Assembly: GCA_013239625.1 (NCBI GenBank) | Contig: MU053629.1 | Coordinates: 4,615,567 to 4,679,566, forward strand | Source of the DNA: Lama guanicoe | Lineage: Eukaryota | Length of the DNA stretch: 64,000 nt | Direction of reading: 5' to 3' | In this document: positions 51,311 to 63,060 of the stretch, one piece after another | Position numbering within the stretch: position 1 is the first letter of the stretch | Layout: each line of letters begins with the position of its first letter | The notes under the pieces: generated by a model | Told to the model about the DNA's origin: nothing | What the model saw: the letters and a program-made list of their open reading frames with translations, nothing else | The model's database searches: none | Translations under genes and position numbers: made by a program

Positions 51311-54047
51311 ATTTAAAGAAAATCTCAAATTAGGGAACATTAAAATATGTTATTTTATATGTAATGCAACGGATTAGAGTTAATTTTGTTTTTTCATTAA
51401 AGGCTTATAGTTTATATTAGATGAAGCTGATTTCTTTTTAGTGGTATGAAAAGGACCTGTATGCAATTTCAAATTCTAAACACCTCATTTGTGTTTTCTT
51501 TTAGAAAATGTCTCAGTTAAAAATCAATGCCCTACTATTCATTTAAGCTCCTTTGCCTTCAATAAAACTAATTGATAAACCCTAATAATTAATGGCCTGA
51601 TTAAACCAAAATGACTTACATCTGCCCTGATGATTGCCACCTCTAATCAGTCACTTTAATGACTCATCTTTTCTGCACTTTGCTTACAGAAGAAAGACTA
51701 TGATGTTTTTAAGAGAGCTAAATGAAAAGCTGTGCGCTCTCAGTTGCTGTTTGCCATGACTTGAGAGTGTATTAAAATAAACATAGATGTAACTATCTCC
51801 TTAAAAGCAATCGTTCTTGCCTAATCGGTTGTGCTGTTGTTTATCGTTTGGAATGAAGCTGAAAAAAAAGCAAGAAAAAAAAAAACCCAAAAAATCTTTT
51901 TAGTATTCCTGGAGCTATTCTTGAGAATTATAGAATTTGCATGTTTTAAATGAAAACATGGAAGCGCTAAGTTCTGTGGCTATGTACTAGCAATATTGAT
52001 ACTTCTGATACAAGGTAGACAATTTTATTCAGATAAAGTGAAACAAATCAGAGAGCTACCCTCATTCCACCATTTTAAAAGATTCCATTTGCTTCAGATC
52101 CTGTCGCATGAATTCAGAGTTAGCCTAACTAAATAAAGTCTTAATATTATCTATATCCTATTTATTTCAAAAAGGGATTTGAGGCAGCTTACAATGGGAG
52201 GTCAAAACAATGAGCAAAAGACAAAAAACAAGCATTTTAAAATAAAGAGGTATTTCCACGTCTGCTTAGGAAGGCATCAGTGCTAATGGCGCTTGGGCTT
52301 CGCTGAAAACAATGAGGAAGCTAGACATAATTTATGAAACATCTGTTTTCAGATATTAGATAACAAGCAGTGCAGGACCGTCATCCTGGAGAGAAGGGAA
52401 ACGGATGAGATGAGGCCTGTGATCACCCGTGCTTTCTGCCTGGAGACAGTTTCCGGTCTGCAGCACAGGGAAGGGGAACCCAGACAGAGCTCAGGGGTCT
52501 TATTGAGCTGAAGAGACAGAGTTTGGATATCAAGAAGGCCAGAATGGCTGGGATTGACAGGGCAGACTCCTAGGGAGGCAGGAACTGTGCAGAGAAAGAG
52601 CTCAAAAGCTTTTGTGGGCGTCTCCTTGAGGTTTTTTGACTGAGTGTCAACTTCTGCTCTTGTAGGGTGGAATCTTGCAAAGCTAGTCCAGGAATGAAAA
52701 TTTGTGGGGATCTGTAAGCTAAACAATTCCTAAAGCTTACACAAAGTTGGGAATTTTTAAAATTCTAAACAGCCAGAGTAAAGAGACCATTTTGAATACA
52801 TTGGAGCATTCAGGAGAGACTTTAAAGGGGTCATGCTTTAGTAGTGGGGCTAACCTAGCCCTAAAGGAGGGTTGCTCTGGGATTTCCTTAGAAACTCCAA
52901 AGTAATCCTCAGTATGATCTGGCTGTCTGCAAGTAAGTTAACTACCTTCTAGTATCAAGTTTAACACTGTTTAAAGAATTACAACAAATTTGCTCAACAA
53001 TGTAAGTTCAGAATATCTGGCATCTAAATAAAAATCAATAAGTTGAAAATGTTTTTCTTATGATAATGGATGGAAGACCATAACCAGAACAGTCAGTGGA
53101 TAGAAATGGGACTCTCTTTACTCCCACTTAGCAAACACACACTTTAGAACAGTTATGGTAAATATACTCAAAGATTTTAAAGAAAACATGAGCATTATGA
53201 GGAAAGAGATGGAAGACATAGAAAAAGAACCATGTGGAACTCCCAGATATGAAAAATAAAATATCTGAAGTAAAAATTTCACCTGATGGAATTAGCAGTA
53301 GATTGGACACTGTGGAAGAAACTGTTTGTGATCTTAATATTAGCGATAAAGAAATTATCTAAAATTACTGCAAAGAAAAAAGAAACTTGAGAAACGAGCA
53401 GAGTGTCAGAGATCTTTGAAACATTATCAAGAAGTCTAGGATGTGTGTGTAAGTGGAGTCTCAGAAGGAAAGGAGAAAGAGAAGGGAACAGGAAGTAATT
53501 TGAAGGACTAATGCTCCCCGAAATTGCCAAGTTTGATGAAACCGATAAACCCAGAAATCTAAGAAGCCTAACAAACTAACCAGGATAAGCACAAACCATA
53601 CCGAAGTACGTCAATATAAACACCTTGAAAGCCAGTGATGTTTTAAAACCTTAAAAATACTCAGAGTAAACATAGTACACTAACAGAGGGGAACAGAAAT
53701 AATAACGGAAGCTGTGCAAGCCAGAAGGTAGTGGGAAGGCATCATCAAAGTGCTGCAAAAAAAGAAAACCTGCTGAATCCAGAATTCCATGCCAGTAAAT
53801 TTATTTTTCCAGAATAACGGTTAAATGGAGACTTCTTAAGGCAAAGAAAGCACTTTTTTCTTTAAATTTTTGAAAAGATTATTATTTAAAGCAAAAATAA
53901 GGACACTGTATTGTGGGGTTTATGACATATGTAGAGGAAAGATGTATAACAGTAGCACAAAGGACGAGAGGAAGAAGATGCAAACATACTGTTCTAAGGT
54001 TCTTACATTATAAATTAAATATCCTAATATTTGAAAGTAGAATATTG

Positions 54048-54240
54048 GAGGGGGAGGATATAGCTCAGTGGTAGAGTGCAGGCTTAGCATGCATGAGGTC
54101 CTGGGTTAATCCTCAGTGCGTCTGTTAAAAATAAATAAATGAATAAATAAATCAAATTACCTCCCCTCTCCCCACCAAGAAAAAAAAAGATAAAGTGGAA
54201 AGAAAATAAAGAAATCGTTAAAAAAAAAAAAAGAAAGAAA
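54048..54240 (+). mobile_element. tRNA-derived SINE (Vic-1-like)
   Basis: ggggaggatatagctcagtggtagagtgc...gaggtcctgggtt; A-rich tail; partial TSD gaaagtaga (54033 / 54241). Confidence 0.88.
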
Positions 54241-54313
54241 GAAAGTAGACGATGAGAAGTTAAACATATTGTAAACCCTAGAACAGCCATTAAAAAAAGA
54301 AAGAAAGAAACTT

Positions 54314-54525
54314 CAAATGGGCTGGCAAACTTTAGCCCGCGGGCCTAATTTGGCTCACAACTTCTTTTTGTAAACAAATACTGTTGGAACACAGCCATGC
54401 CAGTTCATTTACATATCGCCTAAGATTGCTTCTGCAGTACGATGGCAGAGCTCAGTAGTTGCAGGAAAACCATGTGGCCCTTCACCTGAAATATGGCCCT
54501 TTACAGAAAAAGTTTGCCAGCTTCG
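54314..54525. mobile_element. MER58A-like hAT DNA transposon
   Basis: 'tggcaaact...ggaacacagccatgcc...ggccctttacagaaaaagtttgcc'. Confidence 0.8.
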
Positions 54526-55262
54526 AATTTAGAAGCCAGTAGTAGAGATCAGTGGAATACTAAAAAGAGCACAGCTAATCTAAAAGAAGGCAATAAAAGA
54601 AGAAAAAAGGAGCAAACGTGGGACAAATCGTAAGATGGTGGAGTTGAACTCAGCTATATCAATAATTACATTAAATGTGAATGGTATAAATACTGAGATG
54701 AAAAGCGCAAATTGTCAGACTGGTTTAAAAACTAAGACCCAGCTGTGTACCATCTGCAGGATATCCACTTTAAATGTTAATGACAGGGAAATACCATCCA
54801 AACACTAATCATCAGACGGTTTAAAGCAAAAATTATAATACTATATTATGGGGTTTATAATGTATGTAGAAAAGGCAAAAGTCATCTCACATAACAGAAA
54901 CCAGTCAGTGATTGCCAGAGATCAGGGTGGAGTTGACCTTAGAAGGGCACAGGGAACTTTTGGGGGTGATATAAATGTTTCATATCTTGATTATGATATG
55001 GTTACATGAGTGTATACTGTTGCTGCACTCGTTAAACTGTATATTCAAAATGACTGCAATAAAATTGGTTTTTTAATGAATAAACTTGATTTTAAAAAGT
55101 TAAACAATAGATGAACTTTGTCTTCAGATACCCTGAACTTGCCAGCAGTTAAATTAGAGGGAAATACAACAGGTTTTGTTGGTCTTTTCTAAGTGCTGGC
55201 CTGAAGACTAGGCTGTATTAGATTGGTTTCTGATTCAGTAGATCTGAGTTTAAACTCAAAAA

Positions 55263-55298
55263 GGTTTTGTTTTGTTTTGTTTTGTTTTGTTTTGTTTT
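55263..55298. repeat. (GTTTT)n simple repeat
   Basis: About 7 units, read directly. Confidence 0.9.
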
Positions 55299-55739
55299 GA
55301 TGCACAGCCAGGCTTGGGAGTTACTTAGTTACATAACTTACTGTTCTTGTTATAGGAAGCTTGCCAATTTTTCAGGAAGAAAATCTCATTTAGAGGATAC
55401 ATAGCAAGCTTTATTGTCCTGAATTCTCGTTTGCACTGTTCTTGGTCAAAACATACACCAGCAGTTCCTCGGGCTGCACTCTTCTGAGGGGCCGAGATAG
55501 GTCTCACTCACACTTCTCCCCGCAGCATCTCTTGTCACATCTGGTCCACGGTAAGCTGTCAGTAAATACTTGTTGAACGAGTATTTCTGAATGCCATAGA
55601 TTCTTCTCAGAATGAAAAATATCATCTACAAATAGATTTATTAATAGTGAAATATATTTATTCCATGCCATTAAGTGGGAAAAGATGCAGCTCCTTCTCA
55701 GCCCGGATTCATGCTTCCCCAGGTGAGCGTGTTTGCCCG

Positions 55740-56190
55740 TCTGTTCAGTCATGCACCGTTCTGTTCAACACGTACTGTTTCTTGTCCATACCGGGCACCA
55801 TTCTAGACACAGGAGTGAACAAAACAGATCAAGTCTCTGCCTATTTGGAGCTTTCCTTCAAGAGAGGAGGACTGAGAGGGAGCGGATTTGCACATACAAA
55901 TGGAGTGTGTCAGTGCTGCTAAGAACAGGGGAGAGAGAACAGGGGGCATCTGGAGTGGGAAGATACTGTTGTTCGTGGTGGGTGGTTGAGGAAGGAAGGC
56001 TTCTCTTCGAAGAGAAACATTTGAGCAGAAACCCAAAAAGAAGTCAAGGAGCAGGCCATGCGTGTACGTGGGAGCAGGGTTTTCCGGGGATATGGAATCA
56101 CAGAGCAGGAGCCTGGCAGGGAGGCCAGCGAGACGGAGCGGAGTGGGCAGGGAGGGGACTCGGAAGGCTGAGCACAGAGGTAGCAGGGGG
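55740..56190 (-). mobile_element. L2 fragment
   Basis: 'gggcaccattctagacacaggagtgaacaaaacaga...acatttgagcaga'. Confidence 0.65.
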
Positions 56191-56399
56191 CCGGCTCGAA
56201 GACGGCCTCAGCAACCTGGCAGAAGCGCTTCCTCATAAACCTTGAATTGGTTTTATCATTCTACTTACTGGGTTTTGGAAATTCTTTTCTTTCAACAAGT
56301 CTTTTACCCAAACACAGCCTGGATTTACTGCAGTAGCTGCCGAAATCATTTCCTGAACATAATGAAATATAACACTTCTTGTAGCTTGGTTTATTGCCA

Positions 56400-56640
56400 G
56401 TGGATAATGATCATACCTTATATTTATAGAGTGTTTGACAGTTTACAAGCTATTTGACATCAATTATCTCATTTAATCCCCACAGTTCTTTAAGATTGAT
56501 ACAATGACTTTTATTATCTCCCGAATAATCTTTTCACAGAGGTGAAAGCTAAAATGCCCCATGCCTACTCCAAAGTCACACGCCAAATTTGTGGCAGGGC
56601 CCAAAAGACTAAAATCCAAGTCTCTGTCTCCTAGCCTGAA
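56400..56640 (-). mobile_element. MIR SINE
   Basis: 'attatctcatttaatccccaca...aaagtcacac...gtggcag'. Confidence 0.6.
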
Positions 56641-59335
56641 TCCGCTGGTTTTGTTTAAAAGGATCTGTTATGTTCAAATGATGTTGCTGGTGGGGAGAAC
56701 ACTTAACGCTAGCAAATTAAGTGTATTATTGAGAAAGCCATCAACCGGTAGCAAGACCCTGTGCTCAAATAGGATACAGACAAAGATGTGTAAAGTGTAT
56801 TCCTGTGCTGTGAACTTATGACTTGGTGGTACCTGTAACAGTAAATATGGTGAATAATTACTAGTAAAAAATAAAAGTGCCACATGCTCAGCTCCAAGTG
56901 GCACAGACAGTAAATGCTTTAGCAGTTCAAAGAAAGCAGAGACTTTGATGGCCTGAGTAGTTAGGATAACCGGGAAGTGGGCTACTTGAGTTTGAAAGAT
57001 GGGCAGAGTTCAGTCAAAAAATAATTGAAGAAGGGTTTCTAAACCCGAGGGGTTTGGTGAGGGGGGGACAGACAGCGTAAACAAAGGAAGGCTTAGTAAT
57101 GGGGGGTTCAGGATTTGTTTCTTTCTTTTGAGACAATGACTGAAGCAGTCTAGTTGGAGTGCGAAGGTTGTTTTGAGGATGGCTGTGTGTCTGCTACTTT
57201 CACACGTTAAGTATTCCTGAAAACTAGACTGAAAGGTGAACGTGCAGAAGTCATGCAGTAGTAAAAGTACTTACATGTAAGTAAAAATAGATGTTGTTGG
57301 AGCACTGAAAATGCCATAAAGTTCTTATTTACACCTTGCCTTTTAGAACATAATATAGACATTTTGTTTTATTCTTTCTCTGTTGATCCATTTAAGTCAA
57401 ATATGTATGTGATTAAAGCTAAAGATGTGTTAATTTTACTATACCTTGTAATTTCCAGGCAGCTCCATCTCCCAGGAGCTCAGAATATTTGTTCATTCAC
57501 TGTCTCCATCTGATGTGGTGGCTTCAGAGTGGTTTAAGGGTGTCAATGTATAAAAGAGCAGATTGTCCCAAAGGAAAATATTCCAAGTTGAGAGCCTGTA
57601 ATGAGAATTCGATTTGGAAAACAAGACCAGACTTTGTAGAGTAACATTTCTTTCAATTTGGCATACATCTGTGGCTGTCTGTGGCGTGAATTTTTGTGCG
57701 GACTACTGGAGCACATTCGAATGCACAGCCCTGTTGTTAAGGAGCTCCCATTTGGGTTGGCCGGGGAGGTCAGGGGATATTTTACTTCCTCCTCAAGGGA
57801 TGATATTGTGGGAGTGGTATATTTAATATGATGGTGATATAAGAGTTGTATTAAAATTGGGGAAAACCAGAGGCAGAGAGACCATTTGGTAAAAGCCCTT
57901 ACACCTGCCAACACATACTGACTTGTATACAAAGAGACAGCTCCCCTAACGGAAGTACATACTGGGTCTTACCTGACAGGGTGTACTGCTCACCTGATCA
58001 CGGAAGCAGAGCCATTAACGAAATAATGTGTGTTCATGGTTTCCACTCATTCATTCTCATCCATTCAGCAAATACTTATTAAGCACTTAACTGTATGCCT
58101 GGCACTCTTCGCAGGCTGGGATGTTAGTAGTCAATAGAAAAGACAAAGCCCCTACTTTTGTGAAGTTTACATTCTAATGTCAGGCAGGCAGCACCAAATG
58201 AGCATGCATATGAGAAAGTACCTGCCTGGCCTGTTGCCTGTCACATGGTAGGTAGGTTCAGTAATCGTTGGTTACTGAGTTTGAGCTTAAGTACCTACTC
58301 TTGGAAGATGCTTTCGGGGGTACCCTTTTGCAGGGTGGAGGGTTGGAGTGAAATTAACTCAGATTTTTTTGAGATGTTACATAAAAAATTACGAGTCTCT
58401 TTTTCAGTTTTGGGGCAATTAAGGTTATATGCCTTACTAAATATAGGAAATTGTCTTTTCCAGACCACTTTTGCCCTTGAAGGTGAAAGGCTGAAGCAGG
58501 AACTGTTCTGTACCATTAAAAGTGCTGTGCTTTTATCCTGCTGGACAGTTTTTGTAGGCTCCTTGAATTCCTGAAAAGACCCATTGTTGTCACTGACGAT
58601 GCTGCACAGAAACCCTTTGTGTCATTATTTGGCAACTGACGCCTTGGCAAACGCTATTTCAGGTCTTTTGTTAACTCTAGCCACAGTCAAAAATGATGTG
58701 AGGGAAGAGAAGGGTAAACGAAACAAAGATTTGTAAGTACACGCATGCACACACACGCGCGCACACACCTCTTTTAGGTCAATTTCTGAGGATTATCTGA
58801 AGCAGCATTTACACATAAAACCAAGAAATCGCAGTACTGCACTCGTGTTCTCATTGTTTCTGTCATATATAACCTTTACCAGCAAACATTTGAATGATTT
58901 TTTTCCTTGCTGGCTTCCCTTTGGCCTTACTGCTTCTTAGGTGGGAGGAGCCGTTTCACATTGAGGGCAGGGCTAAGCCTTTCTGTACAGAATCTTTGCA
59001 AGAAGATTACATTTTCTTATCTCTTTTTCCTGAAAGCTGGAGTAGGATGATGGTTTTGTTTACTGTTGTTGGAAGCCAAGATTTTATTTGACTTTCATGT
59101 GAAATAAATAAACCCTTGCTTCTGCAGAAACCAGAAGTGGGTGGAAGCGAGGGAGTTAGGTCCTTACATTTTGCCTCCAGATAAAATGCTTTGCATTAAC
59201 TTTGTGATTAGAATTCGGGCTGAACAGATGATGTCACTTCTAAGCAATATGGTATGATGAGCGTGTGTGCTTTTTCCAGGACAAGCACTGTAGATAACGG
59301 AATTAGTTGTGTGAACTTTTCTGGTCCTTTTGTAG

Positions 59336-59409
59336 ATGTGAAGCCCTCCAATATGCTAGTAAACACCAGAGGACAAGTCAAGCTGTGTGATTTTGGAGTT
59401 AGCACTCAG
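59336..59409 (+). CDS. MAP2K5: MAP2K5 coding exon (~exon 14), 74 nt: (D)[24 protein letters not shown] (catalytic loop and DFG)
   Basis: tgtag|AT acceptor completes the GAT (Asp) codon; CAG|gtaggt donor; visible in ORF 59254..59487. Confidence 0.98.
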
Positions 59410-59559
59410 GTAGGTCTCTTTTTCCTTCTGATTTTCTCTCTTCCCTGTAACATCCACTTTCCATCTTCAGTCTACTCTCTGGATTGAAAAAGCACCTAGC
59501 TGCCAGACAAACAGAACCCTGCATCTTCTCCTCGGCTGGGATTGTGTTATTCATTTTTA

Positions 59560-59960
59560 ATCTCCGAGCGCGTTTCCTTCATCAAAATATGATTGTTCAT
59601 TGTTTAATGACAGTAAAAACTGCTGATATTGTAATTACTACTTACGAATAGCAAACTTCATTGATATGCAGCTTTGATATGAAAGCGTTTTGGCCAGACA
59701 AAAGGGAGGGCAGAGTGGGAGCTGTGCCTGGGGAGCCCAACTGGCCCACAATAAGAATTAATATTGGGAGCAACAATGGTGGAGGGCCATTACAATGTGC
59801 AGCACAAATTTTAATTAATTTCCATTTTGGGCCTCCCCTGAGATCCCCAGTGATAGTGACCCATGAGCGTGCTGTGATGTTGATTTGAATTGCAGCCACC
59901 TTTACTCCCAGCCAAACACGAAGACCAAAGCGAAGGTCATCGTTGTATTATGAGTTGTCA
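59560..59960. promoter_or_regulatory. Candidate conserved intronic enhancer (SOX/TCF/homeobox motifs)
   Basis: No recognisable repeats; CATTGTT 59598, TGACAG 59608, CTTTGAT 59672, AACAATG 59772, TTAATTAA ~59810. Confidence 0.4.
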
Positions 59961-60374
59961 AAGTCTGTTATCCCTCCAGCGTATTTAGTGTTCGTTTCAT
60001 TCTGGTAATGCACGGGGTTTCATTCACATCCTGAACCATCTGACTCAAAAATGAGTGTGCTCAAATTCTACTTCAAATTGACTTTTTATGTCAGGCGGGT
60101 TTGGGGTACTAAAGCGATAAGCATCCTGCGTAAGTGAATTGTTTAAGGTTATCTGCTATAAACTGTAATGCTGTGCTGGTTTAAATCGGAAATCACATTC
60201 AAAAGAAAAGAGAGATTTAATCATTTTTAAATGCCTTTGTAGATGAATTTGTTCCCTTTACATAATTTTTAGTTGATTTATAGAAATGATGATTGTAGGT
60301 TAAATGAGGAATAATTGCCCATTTTATTTCCACATTATCTTTATATTGTTCTAACAGACTGTTTTGTCTCATAG

Positions 60375-60425
60375 CTGGTGAATTCTATAGCCAAGACGTA
60401 TGTCGGAACAAATGCTTATATGGCG
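60375..60425 (+). CDS. MAP2K5: MAP2K5 coding exon (~exon 15), 51 nt: LVNSIAKTYVGTNAYMA (activation loop, S311/T315 equivalents)
   Basis: catag|CTG acceptor and GCG|gtaagt donor; SxAxT activation motif of MAP2Ks. Confidence 0.98.
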
Positions 60426-62169
60426 GTAAGTAAACTTATGCAAAAACAACATTTAAAACCAACGTCTTTATCTTTATGTACTTGGTAACGTATAATTCTT
60501 GAATTAATTCCACACTTTTAGCCTAACAGATCGTAAATTGCAGAGTCAACCCAGTCACAAGCCGATTGTTAAATCCTCCTAAAGGACGGTAGAGTCTGTA
60601 CAGGAGCTGCCAACTTTTCTGACTTCATTGACTTAACCGGTTTGTTCAAGTATGAAATCACCAATTTCTGAAGTTTAATCTTACAGAAAAATTGCATCTT
60701 ACAACATACTTTGCCACATCGCTTATTTAATTAACCCTAAAGTATACTAAAATGTCAGTCAGTAAGATCAGCAGTGTTTTCCAGGAATATAAACATGCTT
60801 TGACACCAGATCAAAATTAAATCATTAATTGAAAGTTAAATGATTACTTATGGATCTCTGAGTGTAAGGGTTTAGCAGACAGTTCTCTCTTGAACTTGTG
60901 TATCTGTATTCTGTTTCATGCCTATTGTAAGATAATTTACTTAGTCCCTCTGAAATAAGCTTACCAGTATAAAAATAGAAGCATAGAACTGTTTCGATGA
61001 CTGATGTGGACTTAGCTTTGACTTTTTTCTTTTTCCTACCTTTTGAGTAAGGGAAGTGATTTGTGTCCATAAAATTGCTTTTATTTACTCGTTTCCACAA
61101 TCACTTCAAGAGTGGGGGGTTGCAGGAGGCAAGCAGGAAACTTACCTAGTATCATTTTGGGGGCAAAGTTTTGTTTTAACATCTTAAGTTTAGATCTTTT
61201 GATGAAAGAGCTCTAAATGTATTCAGGTAGTCCATTTCACTTCCAGTAGTCCTTATATGGAGTTAAATGAAGTGTGGCTGGAACCCGGGGTCTTAGTCTC
61301 AGAACAGTACCAAGCATTTTTTTAATTGAGATACCAGCATGGTTAATTTTTGCCTTGCATTGTTTTTAAAGAAAATTTATTCTTTCTCATTTTTCTAGGT
61401 AATGTGAAAAAATTAACTTCTGACGTCATCATACCTATTTTTATAAAACATAATCACCCTCTTGGCTCTACCAGGTTAGCTGGATCTGTGAGCCACCTTT
61501 ATAATTTAAAAACCTTGCCAAATGCCATGATTTCAGTCTTTGAAAAAAAATATGGAATGCTTTGATTTAAAACAAACAAAAAAAATCAATAAAACTTCTC
61601 CACTCCCCGTCATGTTCTTAATGGCTTCAAATTGCTCTAATAATTAAATTGCATTATGTTGGAATGTACAAATTTAGATTACAGTTGTCCTTCGCAGGTC
61701 TACATTGAAGAAATTACTTTTCCCCCCCCCTTTTTGTTTATGGATGAATGTGACGCATCCATCTCTTAATTGAAAAATGTGAGGATTAAAATTTTGAAAC
61801 GTTAGCTCAGAGAGGTGAAGCTAAAATTGCTTTGCTTCTTGGGTGAGTGAATTCTAGTCATCAACTTTATCGTTCAAGCTGTAAGAAGCATAAGATACCT
61901 AGGAAGCAAAGAGTGTGGAAGCCTGAGAGTAAGCCTTGCTCAATTCAGCAGGCTCCCACCAGCTGCGTACTTGCCTAATATGTGTGAGATCAGAGGCTGG
62001 AGTGAGGGTCCTAACCCCTGCCTGAGGTGTCGTGATACTGTGTTATAGTACTACCACTGGGGGAACTGGGGGAACTGGGGGAAGGGTGCACAAAACCTCC
62101 GTGTGTATATGTTTTTCAGCTGCTTGTTTGTTAATAAGTATTTCAAAGTAAAAAATAAAATTTTAGAAA

Positions 62170-62345
62170 AAGGAAGTGTTACTGGCATGTGACCACGCCC
62201 ACTTGTTTATGTGTTGTCTGTGGCTGCTCCAGCACTCTGGTCGCACCGTGGAGTAGTTGTGACAATTGTGGCAGAGACCATATGACCCATAAAGTGAAAA
62301 ATGTTTACTGTCTGGCCCGTTACAGAAAAAGTTTGCCAGCCTCTG
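62170..62345. mobile_element. MER58A-like fragment
   Basis: 'gagtagttgtgaca...tttactgtctggcccgttacagaaaaagtttgccagcctctg'. Confidence 0.75.
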
Positions 62346-62799
62346 ATCTCTGCCAGTGAAAGCTGTTTTTTGAAACTGGGTGCCTTCAGTTAATCAGCCC
62401 GCACTTACTGAGCGCCTTCCATGCAGTTAGCCAGGCACGCTGTGAGACGTGGGCAAAATAGGAAACGTGGCGTTATCTGTAGCCACGTCGTATGTGACAT
62501 AATAAAGACTGAAGTTGTACCAAGCATATCTTTAGAGAATAAGGAGGCATTTAATGTACGAATTTGATGCTTCATGCAGCATGTGAAAAGGGCACTTATG
62601 AAAAAGAGCGATCTGGTGGGAAGGTGAGCAAAGACTCAGAAATAGAGCGTGATGTGACATGGGTGGGGGCAGGAGGTGTCGGGTAGAAGACAAATAACAG
62701 ATTGTGGGAATATACAATTAGAGATCATGTGATGTCTTACCCTCATTTTACATCCATTTCTCTCACATTTGTATTCATACCTGTTTCTGTGCAGTGATA

Positions 62800-63060
62800 A
62801 TAGCAATGATAATAATAGCCAACACTTAATGAGAACCAGGTGCCAGTCACTCTTTTCAACCTTTACTCTTTGTATTAACTCTTTAAACCCTCACAGCAAC
62901 CCTATGAAGTAGGTGATATTATTGTCCTTTTACAGATGAAGAAACAGAGGGATAAAGAAGTTAAATGACTTACCCAAGTTCATACAGCTAATAAGTGGCT
63001 GAGTCAGGAGTCAAACCGGAGTAATCAGCCTCCAGAGACTAAACTCTTAGCTGCTGTGCC
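62800..63060 (-). mobile_element. MIR SINE
   Basis: 'cctcacagcaaccctatgaagtagg...tttacagatgaagaaacagagg...acttacccaagttcatacagcta'. Confidence 0.85.

Larger units (their letters stand above)
52270..55100 (+). mobile_element. Old L1M (5' UTR, ORF1, ORF2 start, 3' end) with nested SINE and MER58
   Basis: ORF1-like 'gatggaattagcagtagattggacac...ggagtctcagaagga'; ORF2 start 'atatcaataattacattaaatgtgaatgg' at ~54656. Confidence 0.75.

Noticed and set aside
13586..54240. Five tRNA-like sequences with A/B boxes as tRNA genes
   Set aside because: All have AT-rich tails, most have TSDs, and they are diverged from one another; they are SINE copies.
55733..56245. 170-aa ORF, the longest in the track
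   Set aside because: Lies within an L2 remnant and has no coding hallmarks.
62076..62102. (ACTGGGGGA)x3 short tandem repeat
   Set aside because: Slippage within an L1MC 3' fragment; not CRISPR-like, as there are no spacers.
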